From: Octopus vulgaris
Taxonomy: Eukaryota
Direction of reading: 5' to 3'
Length of the DNA stretch: 64,000 nt
NCBI GenBank assembly: GCA_951406725.2
Contig: OX597818.1
Coordinates: forward strand, 57,412,001 to 57,476,000
The position numbers were made by a program, and so were the translations under genes. A model generated the notes under the pieces. It searched no databases, was not told the DNA's origin, and saw nothing but the letters and a program-made list of their open reading frames with translations. Position 1 is the stretch's first letter. Every line of letters begins with the position of its first letter. Below are positions 53,830 to 64,000 of this stretch, piece by piece.

Positions 53830-54010
53830 GAGAGTTCACGAAAAAAAAAGAGAGGTGGTGTACAAAACAAACACATATTTTAGTATAACGTTCAGGAATA
53901 GAAAAAGTCTTTTACGTTTCGAGCCTACGCTCTTCTACACAAAGGGACAGAGAAAAAAACAAGGAGAGAACAAAAATGTGTGTAGTGGCTAACGATCTAT
54001 CATGGCGTAT
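53827..54010 (-). mobile_element. Penelope pLTR-like fragment in (TA)n with a decayed hammerhead (53909-53944)
   Basis: Minus strand: CTTT GTGTAGA A GAGC-GTAG-GCTC GAAAC GTA AAAG; helices intact, core altered. Confidence 0.55.
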
Positions 54011-54021
54011 ATTCGTGTTGT

Positions 54022-54086
<65 letters not shown>

Positions 54087-54312
54087 ATGCGTGTGTGTGT
54101 TGGTAATATGTCTGTTAGAAATACCAGCAACATCTACGTAATATACCTTAAAAGAGATGCATATAATGTTTAGACTAATCCTGCATATACCATACTATAA
54201 AAGGCTGAAAGTCCATGGCCGGAACGCCGATCAAACGTTGGTGCTGCTTTTGTTTTCAGTGTTGAGATCACTTGTGAAGCTATATTCTCATTGAATACAT
54301 ATTCATTCTACT

Positions 54313-54700
54313 GTGGAGGCGCAATGGTCCAGTGGTTAGGGCAGCGGACTCGCGGTCATAGGATCGCGGTTTCGATTCCCAGACCGGGCGTTGTGAGTGT
54401 TTATTGAGCGAAAACACCTAAAAGCTCCACGAGGCTCCGGCAGGAGATGGTGGTGATCCCTGCTGTACTCTCTTTCACCACAACTTTCTCTCACTCTTAC
54501 TTCCTGTTTCTGTTGTACCTGTATTTCAAAGGGCCGGCCTTGTCACTCTCTGTGTCACGCTGAATATCCCCGAGAACTACGTTAAGGGTACACGTGTCTG
54601 TGGAGTGCTCAGCCACTTACACGTTAATTTCACGAGCAGGCTGTTCCGTTGATTCGGATCAACCGGAACCCTCGTCGTCGTAACCGACGGAGTGCTTCCA
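54313..54700 (+). mobile_element. SINE family C, full length
   Basis: GTGGAGGCGCAATGGTCCAGTGGTTAGG...GGTTTCGATTCC A/B boxes; TSD ~ATTCTACT. Confidence 0.9.
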
Positions 54701-55289
54701 CATTTATTCTACTATATTATCTTAAGACTTGCAGAGCCAATACCATACTACACCGAAGCAGTATTTCGGCATATTAGACGTGTGTGTGTGTGTGTGTGTG
54801 TGAAAGGTTTTCCTAATACATGTAACTTATGGACATTAAACTGTCTTAGCACAAATCGTTCGCTGCGAGCCACTGTAATACATGGATTATATCTAGCGTT
54901 TAAAAGTATCAAAATGAAATATTAGTTTCTTTGTGAAGGAAAGTTAATTGAAAAATTGGATTGAATAATTAAATTTAATCTACTATTCTCTTCGTATTAT
55001 GTTATATAGAATTATGAAATCCATCTTTCTAACTTAAAATAAGTAAAGTTTGAAATTTCATGCCATCTGTTTAGCATTCCTTTATGAATATAGGTCGAAT
55101 GCATTACGTTACACTGGTCTAATTGATCTGCCACGATTAGTCAGCAGATCGATCTGTGAATGTTCAGGTTAAAGCCGGTTTTTCCTTGTCCTCTGAGACA
55201 GCCAAAGAATGAATTCTAACGGCATTTCGATATGAACTTTCTAACAATCTATTCATGTTAAACTCTCCCTTACACACAACAATTACAAT

Positions 55290-55600
55290 CGGCTGTGTGG
55301 TAAGTAGCTTGCTAACCAACGACATGATTCCGGGTTCAGTCCCACTACGTGGCATCTTGGGCAAGTGTCTTCTGCTATGGCCCCGGGCCGACCAATGCCT
55401 TGTGTTTGTCCCCCTAGCATTGCTTGACAACCGATGCTGGTGTGTTTACGTCCCCGTAACTTAGCGGTTCGGCAAAAGAGACCGATAGAATAAGTACTGG
55501 GCTTACAAAGAATAAGTCCCGGGGTCGATTTGCTCGACTAAAGGCGGTGCTCCAGCATGACCGCAGTCAAATGACTGAAACAAGTAAAAGAGTAAAAGAG
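55290..55600 (+). mobile_element. SINE family B, internally deleted
   Basis: Head joined directly to the 3' half. Confidence 0.85.
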
Positions 55601-55827
55601 AGAGAGCTTGTTTTGTCATTATATATTTAAACAATTAGTATATTCAAAGAAGATCTTCATGCAACTAGATATAACCACTATTTTAGATATTTAATATGTA
55701 ATAGGAGAAACCTTATTCCAGCCCCGTTTATTCGCGATTTTACTCTTTTGACACCACTTAAGATTCCCAACTGTAGGTTAGAGAAGGACCAAAAAAAAAA
55801 TCGAATTGTATATGAGTTTGGCCTTTA

Positions 55828-56085
55828 AGCCAACTTCTCACCATCTGATGATGAAGCACTGATTCTAGTTAGAGCATCATTATACAAGCGCCAACAATGT
55901 TTGCCTGCGGTGGAATCAAATATACATACAATCACACGCTTTAACATCCACAAGGCATTTGAAATTCCTGACCTGCTACGGTGCCGTGAGTATTGGTTCG
56001 GCTTTTCTTGAGAACAACCATCTCTCAAGTCCTCGCAAAACTGATTTTCAGCCTGGTCATACAATCACCAACAAGAAACTTATAC
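55828..56085 (-). pseudogene. Decayed mariner-like transposase fragment
   Basis: LVGD / YDQAENQF..LRDGCSQEKP...ALWMLKRVIV...RLYNDALTRI aligns by eye to mariner TGDETW/YDPETKQQS..W...FWDSKGVIL...YYxxLLxRL. Confidence 0.45.
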
Positions 56086-57570
56086 GGGGGTATTGGGGAA
56101 GCGTTACTAGATAGAGTAGATAGCATGGAGATTAGAGAATCACTCAAGACTGAGCCACTATTCTCACACTGAGATGTCACCCCTCCAGTATAACCAGCAT
56201 GTTGTTAACATATCTGAGTAAAGAACTGCGGGAGCTATTTTAAGTGCGAGACCACTCGGCGGGAGACATACGGTTATACTCTATGGCAGTGATAGGATAA
56301 AATCCTCAGACTCTTTTGGTCTCGCTTGTGAATACAGCCATGAGAAGTCCTGAAGCATGTTTGCGATGAGATCCTCAGAAAGTCCTATCAGAGGAAATTG
56401 CTTCCCCACGTTATTCATGAAAATAATGAGCTATGAAAGTGAATAGCTGGAACTATACTATAGGAGCATTCATGACATGAATTAATTTAGTTGAAATGTG
56501 GTTTGACAAGAACGGAATTCACAGAAGCGACAGTGATAAGCTGCATGTGCTCATTATTTCAGAATATGAAGAGATTACATTGAAATACAAATTAATTCTA
56601 CTCCTATAATATTCTGAGATACTATGTTAAAGATTGGCTGATTCTACAGTTGAGAAATAATCGTTTCTCCTCCGGATACAACACAATAGCAGTAGCCACA
56701 TACAATCTTACAACCATTTCGCTAGTTTGTCGCTGATGTCTTATTGTTTTTGCAGGCAAAGTAATACTAACGAGTGTTCCAAGAGTGACCACTAAGACCT
56801 TCTTTTCTCAGGTATTGCGTACCCAGAACTATATTTATTGCGCCCTCCCCTTTTGAATTAATTGGATATAATTTCAAGGAGATCTGGGTAGTATTTCTTA
56901 CTTATAAAAGAACTAAGGAGACTACCGCTGCCATTCCAGTACTGCACGTCGATAAGATCTTTTAAGTACTTTGGATATGTTAGAAATTGCCATCAGTTCT
57001 ATACCGAAACAACCGAGAAACTAATAAGATGCCTGAGAAAATATGAACGATTTCGGTTTTTACTGAAGCAACGTTAAGTAAGCGTGTATTGAACAATCCT
57101 GAATGTAATGTCGAAACAAATACACACATACATACATATATAGACACACACATTATATACCATTAATAATTAGGATTAGATTTCATTGATTTACTTCCAT
57201 TCAACTGATGTAACATTGAATGGGAATGTCTTAACGTAGAGAATGACTTCAATTCAAGTGTCATTATTGGTATAAAACTTTTATATATATTGATATAATT
57301 TCATAATTAGAAGTTTTGGTTACATAATCAATATATTGGTTGAAAATCGATACTTACCAGCTTCGTGAAATCTTACATAAAATAACATTAAAACTATTCG
57401 AGAAAGTGACGTTTATAGGTTTATAAAATTTTGTTTCTTTCCTAATTATTTTTATTTCGTCTTTAAACATAATATCGTTCTTATATAATACTCAAAAGAG
57501 ACTAACTTCCAGCAATTGATTATTTTCATAAATTTGTATTGTAACTTTTGAAGCTGGAGAAAAATTCACA

Positions 57571-57612
57571 AACTGTTACTCAGAGTTTCGCGTAACCGCT
57601 CATCAGACAACC
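57571..57612 (-). ncRNA. Intact minimal type I hammerhead ribozyme
   Basis: Minus strand: TTGT CTGATGA GCG-GTTA-CGC GAAAC TCTGA GTA ACAG; all core nucleotides canonical. Confidence 0.75.
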
Positions 57613-57783
57613 GTGAATACTCAGAAAACTCACGTCTGTCTGAGGAATACGTCATAACCAGGCTTTTACATACTGTTCAATAGTTCTTTATCTGTTTTCA
57701 CTGCTTGTGAAGTATTTTCGGTTTTAATAAAATCATACTTTACTCTACTTTTGGGATTCAACTACCGTTGCTTTGTACCTATG

Positions 57784-57862
<79 letters not shown>

Positions 57863-58216
57863 CGCACACTCACACATATTTTTCTAATTAGAATGACAAG
57901 GCGTATTTCTAATAATTTAGCGTTATCAATTTCAGATCTGAATCCAGATTTCGCTATGATGTACAAATATTCAAATAATGGCCTTTTCTCTCTCCCAACT
58001 GGAGTTTTATATTGTTAGGTACCTTTCAATATCATCTAAAATAAAAAAAAAGTGCTGAGAACAAAATGTTGGGCAGACATCATTTCGTTAATCTGGTTTA
58101 CGTCAAACACCCTATATTCACGGCTTAAGTTGCTCTTTATGACGAAGCCATAAAGCGTATATGCATCAAGTTATCACTTGACATTAATCTGTGTTGCATT
58201 TACATATTGCAAAGCA

Positions 58217-58597
58217 GGAGGCGCAATGGCCCAGTGGTTAGGGCAGCGGACTCGCGGTCGTAGGATCGCGGTTTCGATTCCCAGACCGGGCGTTGTGAGT
58301 GTTTATTGAGCGAAAACACCTAAAGCTCCACGAGGCTCCGGCAGGGATGGTGGTGATCCCTGCTGTAATCTTTCACCACAACTTTCTCTCACTCTTTCTT
58401 CCTGTTTCTGTTGTACCTGTATTTCAAAGGGCCGGCCTTGTCACTCTCTGTGTCACACTGAATATCCACGAGAACTACGTTAAGGGTACACGTGTCTGTG
58501 GAGTGCTCAGCCACTTACACGTTAATTTCACGAGCAGGCTGTTCCGTTGATTCGGATCAACCGTAACCCTCGTCGTCGTAACCGACTGAGTGCTTCC
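58217..58597 (+). mobile_element. SINE family C
   Basis: Full length; TSD ATTGCAAAGCA. Confidence 0.9.
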
Positions 58598-58740
58598 ATT
58601 GCAAAGCAAAACTCTGCCACCTTTTGTTTTTTTGTTATATTTCGTTTATGATATTTAGAAGTGTTTCATGATATGGCCCAACAAATATTACCCATCATAC
58701 TTTGCTTAACTTTTACCTTGGTATCAGATTCGTTGACAAA

Positions 58741-59156
58741 AGGTGGCGAGCTGGCTGAAACATTAGCACGCTGGACGAAATGCCTAGCGGTATTGCGTCT
58801 ACCGCTACGTTCTGAGTTCAAATTCCGCCGAGGTTGACTTTGCCTTTCATCCTTTCGGGGTCGATTAAATAAGAACCAGTTACGCACTGGAGTCGATATA
58901 ATCGACTTAATCCGTTTGTCTGTCCTCGTTTGTCCCCTCTATGTTTAGCCCCTTATGGGTAGTAAAGAAATAGGTATTTCGTCTGCCGCTACGTTCTGAG
59001 TTCAAATTCCGCCGAGGTCGACTTTGCCTTTCATCCTTTCGGGGTCGATTAAATAAGAACCAGTTACGCACTGGAGTCGATATAATCGACTTAATCCGTT
59101 TGTCTGTCCTCGTTTGTCCTCTCTGTGTTTAGTCCCTTGTGGATAGTAAAGAAATA
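58741..59156 (+). mobile_element. SINE family A dimer
   Basis: TSD CAGATTCGTTGACAA. Confidence 0.9.
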
Positions 59157-60073
59157 GGTGGCAGATTCGTTGACAATTCTCTCTTGGTGAGAATAATACT
59201 TCAATACTGATATGCAAGGTATACGCCAAGGTGTTAGTGCAAAGCATGTACGTAGAAAGATATCCTGCTGCCGATTGTTTAAAATGCATTCACCATGTGA
59301 CACAATCTCCAAGCAGTTTTCAGATCTGTGATTTCTGATAAATACTCGACGTTTACAAACATATTTTTAAGATACCGTGATTTTTCATGATATTTTGTTA
59401 GGAATGATGAACTTTCCATAACACAACGTGTGATGAAGATCAATATAGTTGCTAAATTCTAACTTAATATATTTCAAACCATCGTTGAAACCTGAAATAG
59501 CAAATTGAATAATTTTGAACTATAAAGGTCGAAGGGAAAAGTCTCCATTCTTGTAATCATAGATCCAACTAACTTCTACTTTTCATTTGTCAATTGGACA
59601 TTCTTCAGAATTTCATGTAATCTTCATGCTTTGATAAAAGTTCAGAAATACACGTAACTAGGAAATGTATGCTGACAGATTTAATATCTCCACCACTACA
59701 AGACTTGCGTAAAGCAACTGGTAGCGACAAATGTTGTGTATCTCCTCTCCTTCCAAATTTCAGATTCACAACTTGATTCACAAAATGTTTACTTGCTTTA
59801 GAATTATTTGACTCTGGCAAACCCATTGCCTGTATCGTGTATAAACTACAACAATCGGAAAAAATAATATTTGCAATGGTCTGCTTTCGTGTTTAGCCAA
59901 ACAAGTAATATTATATGATACAACGCAAAACGAAGTGTGGTGTTTAACATTCTTCTATGTAATCAACTTTCAGATTTTATTGTGGTAACTATGTTTATCT
60001 ACAGCTGTATACTATTCACATACAAAATAATCCCGCTGACAATGATCTGAACAGCAATGGACACCATGCAAAT

Positions 60074-60577
60074 CTCTCTATATATAAAGCTGAAGTTGTT
60101 TGTGTATGGCAGGTTTGGTAGTCTTCAACTAACACTATCTCCTCCGAGACGCTGCGGCACAAGTTGACCAAAATTGAAAGTATAATAGAAGGCGTGCTCT
60201 TCCTTCCGTAGAAGAAAAAATTTAAATCTGACCATGTTATCACCAAAGCCTCCCTGGACCTCAAGTGGCCTGAACTCTTTACATGAACACCACCCTGAAC
60301 TTAACTCCATGTCCCCCTACATGGCCTTGCTATTTGCTTTTGAGCCAAATTAACTAACTAACTAACTAACTAACATCAAAAAGGTGCTGTTTTTCTATAA
60401 AAATCCCTATTTTCACGATTTTTGACTGCTGTGTCGCCATTTTTCGGTGTATTTCAACCAGAAAAAATGTTCACTTAAATAGAATAACAAGCTACATAAT
60501 GCAAAATTTTTACTTTTCAAAAATTCCAATTCTAAAGGGTCGAAACAAACCCGAGCAACGCCGGGCGATACTGCTAG
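60074..60577 (+). mobile_element. Non-autonomous Helitron
   Basis: A|TCTCTCTATATATAAAG start; CCCGAGCAACGCCGGGCG hairpin + ATACTGCTAG|T end. Confidence 0.85.
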
Positions 60578-61344
60578 TTTAATATCAGAGAAAATACCAA
60601 CTGAAACGTCCAGAAAAGTTTCCCTGAAATCCCACTACTGCTTTAAAGCAGGTTGGATAATGATGCTCCTGAAAATAAAATGGAAATGGATGACCGTGGA
60701 TGGAATGGCTTTGATCAAAACAACAACCAAAAACGGAACAATGCAATCCAGAAAATATATAATTGTGAGTATAACTAAGAAACACTACATTCCCTCTAAA
60801 AGGAACTACAATCAGAAAATAGTAATCAGTCATATTAATGTATTGTAGATTTGGCTTAACATACACATACTGCGAAATACACAACTGCTTTTAGTGTAGT
60901 TCACTATGTTGCAAGCTTTCGCAACAAGCTCCTGGTTTTCGGATACCTCCCTCTCTCCTGCCTTCACATCAGTCTTGGAAGCCTGATAATTTCACGTGGG
61001 CACTACCTTACCTTCTGATAGGGTGACAAAAAATGTAACTCCTAAGTAACCCGAGGGCAGTTGGCAGCACGACTTTTTGTCAAGTGGGGAGAATGATCTG
61101 GTGCATTTCTCTGAGAGGAATTCTTTAAATATTTAATGCATAAGTTATCATTGTTTATGCAACTTACGCAAAGCTAGCTTGAGGCCAACAAATGCTCTAA
61201 AAACAAACAAATAAAACGATGTCGATCTCAAGTTCTCTAATATAAATAGTGGATTAACATTCAATTTTGCTCTGGATCGAGTTCCATTCATATTAAAGGT
61301 AACCAGCTTTAAATAGCACTATGTGATATAGGCAAAATACATAT

Positions 61345-61391
61345 ACAGACGGAAACTGAAAGAAGACGGAAACTGAAAGAAGCTTGTCGTA

Positions 61392-61438
<47 letters not shown>

Positions 61439-61645
61439 TTGTGTGTCTGTTTGTCCCCCTAGCATTGCTTGACAACTGATGCTGGTGTGTTTACGTCCCC
61501 GTCACTTAGCGGTTCGGCAAAAGGGACCGATAGAATAAGTACTGGGCTTACAAAGAATAAGTCCCGGGGTCGATTTTCTCGATTAAAGACAGTGCTCCAG
61601 CATGGCCGCAGTCAAATGACTGAAACAAGTAAAAGAGTAAAGAGA
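61345..61645 (+). mobile_element. 5'-truncated SINE family B
   Basis: 3' half matches consensus. Confidence 0.85.
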
Positions 61646-62401
61646 GATACATATGGCAAAAAACCATACATAGTTTAACCGATACTGTTCATTAAATGAC
61701 TTATAATTTGCTATCTTCATACTTTAAAACCATTGCAAACATTTATATTCTAGTGTTATTTTCACTCGATGTTCTACGAATGTACTTGTTGTATTTCATC
61801 CTTAATTCAAAACTTAATTTTGTCTAATAATACTCAAAACGTGGTGTTTAGTCTAAAACAAGCTTTTGGGGTGAAGGAAAACATCCGAGGGCATATTTGA
61901 AATCAACACGCCAAAATTACCATGAGAGAGATACAAATGTTTTGTTGTAGAGTTGAGTAGTAAATGGTTGCAGTGGAAATGTATTAATCTTCACAGAAGT
62001 GAATCCAAATAAGTTTGAAATATGTGACAGGAACGACTTAATTGTGTTTATCAATTATTCATAAGGAAAAACAAAACAACAACATCGGAAATAATTTCCA
62101 TCAAATTAGTTTCGAAATAAAAGCGAACGGCAAAATAGTCACGTCGAGTATGACTGCATATGTATTGCTTATGCATGTATCAATAAAAACATACATCCTT
62201 CCTACCATGTCATCCCTTCTTCCTTATATATATATGTATATCCATGTGTAATCTATGTGTGTGTATGTGTGTACGTGCATGTTAATATGTAAATATGTAT
62301 AAGCACGCTTTTACTCCTCTGTATACATTCACCCATAAATATACTCATTTATATTACACACACACCACACACACACACACATATATATTACACACACACA
62401 C

Positions 62402-62446
<45 letters not shown>

Positions 62447-63059
62447 GTGTAAATGTGTTTGTGTGTGGTGTGTTTATGTAAACAAATAATATTTAAAATC
62501 CCCCCAACTTAGTTAACGCCAAAAGCTTTGCAGAGTAAATAAAGCTAAATTTAATAATCTACCAACGTTGGAAAATATGTTTCACATTTATTACCTTAAA
62601 GTACACTAACCTAATTTTTAAAGTAAACCTGACTGAAGGCCAATTATCTCCGAGAAAGAACATTTTACGAATATCTATCAAGCGTATACTAGACGCAATT
62701 TTGTTTACAACGAAAATGGCATTTTGAACAATGGTTTGTCAACAAATGCAGAAAAGATAATAACATTAGGGACAAATAGCACAGAAAAAATTCAACTGGT
62801 TCAATAGTAAAGACTTTTATCTCTCTCTTTTTTGAAAGCATTTGTTTTTGCTAACACTATAGTACCTATCTTGGAACGCAGGTCGAAAATTCTATTGGTT
62901 TCTTCTTTTTTTTTACATTTTTGGAAAATTTCTCCTGATTGAAAAAATATCGGAATTGCATTGTTTCTTAACTTTATGGGAGCATCCGGTGCGAGAGTTT
63001 ATAATGGTGACGTGCTCTTAACTTCACAAATAGGAATGGCCGGATTAGAACTGTTTTTC

Positions 63060-63439
63060 TATTTCTTTACTGCTCACAAGGGGATAAATACAGAGAGGAT
63101 ATTTAGAGAAGGGCTATGTCGATTAAATCGACTCCATTAGTCAACTGGTACCTTTTTTTAAAGATCAAACCTAAAGGATAGAATTTGAGAGGAGAACGTG
63201 AAAACGTTCGAAATACCTATTTCTTTACTACCCACAAGGGGCTAAACACAGAGAGGACAAACAAGGACAGACAAACAGATTAAGTCGATTATATCGCCCC
63301 CAGTACTTATTTAATCGACCCCGAAAGGATGAAAGGCAAAGTCGACCTCGGCGGAATTTGAACTCAGAACGTAACAGCAGACGAAATACTGCTAAGCATT
63401 TCACCCGGCGCGCTAACGTTTCTGCCAGCTCACCGCCTT
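63060..63439 (-). mobile_element. SINE family A dimer
   Basis: 20-bp TSD CCGGATTAGAACTGTTTTTC. Confidence 0.85.
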
Positions 63440-63802
63440 CCGGATTAGAACTGTTTTTCATGAAATTTAGCGAAAGATGTTTAAAAAATTCCAGTTCACA
63501 CTGGTAGTAGTAAATTTATTTATTTTCCAAGTCACATTAAATTTTCATGTTTTCCCACACAGAAAACTTTAAAAAGTCGTATTTTATAGACGAAAAAGAT
63601 TCCAATAAGCCTTCCTTTTGTCAAGGAAATTAAATTTGTATTATTACTGAACGAATATACGCGTTAATATTGTTTCTCATTAACTTATTAATGTCATAAA
63701 CCACGACGCGATAGTAGCTTCAAAAATAAAATTCAATATATTTCTCAGTCCAATGTCGCCTGTCTTAAAAATATACCCAGATACATCTGTTGCGTCATCA
63801 CT

Positions 63803-63902
63803 NNNNNNNNNNNNNNNNNNNNNNNNNNNNNNNNNNNNNNNNNNNNNNNNNNNNNNNNNNNNNNNNNNNNNNNNNNNNNNNNNNNNNNNNNNNNNNNNNN
63901 NN
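63803..63902. other. Assembly gap (100 N)
   Basis: N run. Confidence 1.
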
Positions 63903-64000
63903 AGATATGCAAAAGGACTGAGTTTAGTATAGCAGAATTCATCCAGAAGTCATGTTTTGAAAGCATTTCATCAGCTTCCCTTCTGTAAAACGATGCCTGT

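Noticed and set aside
54313-54385. tRNA-Arg gene
   Set aside because: It is the head of a SINE continuing into body and tail; no clean acceptor stem or Pol III terminator.
59605-59826. 73-aa ORF MGLPESNN...
   Set aside because: No motif and no convincing splice support.

Overview
AT-rich, repeat-dense eukaryotic DNA. The SINE families and microsatellite load resemble an octopus (cephalopod) genome; this is an inference from the repeats. Nearly all ORFs in the track are artefacts of (TA)n tracts or SINEs. The window holds dozens of SINEs from about 4 families (many with target-site duplications, TSDs), remnants of CR1 and RLE-type LINEs, three non-autonomous Helitrons, GG-terminal palindromic MITEs with 8-bp TSDs, a mariner remnant, and one plausible minus-strand coding exon (PTB-like, 46126-46307). 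Two things stand out. (1) A dispersed set of type I hammerhead ribozyme (HHR) motifs of the Penelope-like-element/retrozyme kind, mostly in fold-back elements beside (TA)n tracts. One has a compensatory U3-A8 core and sits in the loop of a 168-bp near-perfect hairpin. (2) A 1.6-kb cassette (31175-32750) in which a putative 5'ETS + 18S 5'-end fragment lies among AAAATTTT-rich modules and inverted arrays of a 32-bp repeat, all between ~420-bp direct duplications. All coordinates and alignments were read by eye; repeat boundaries are approximate.
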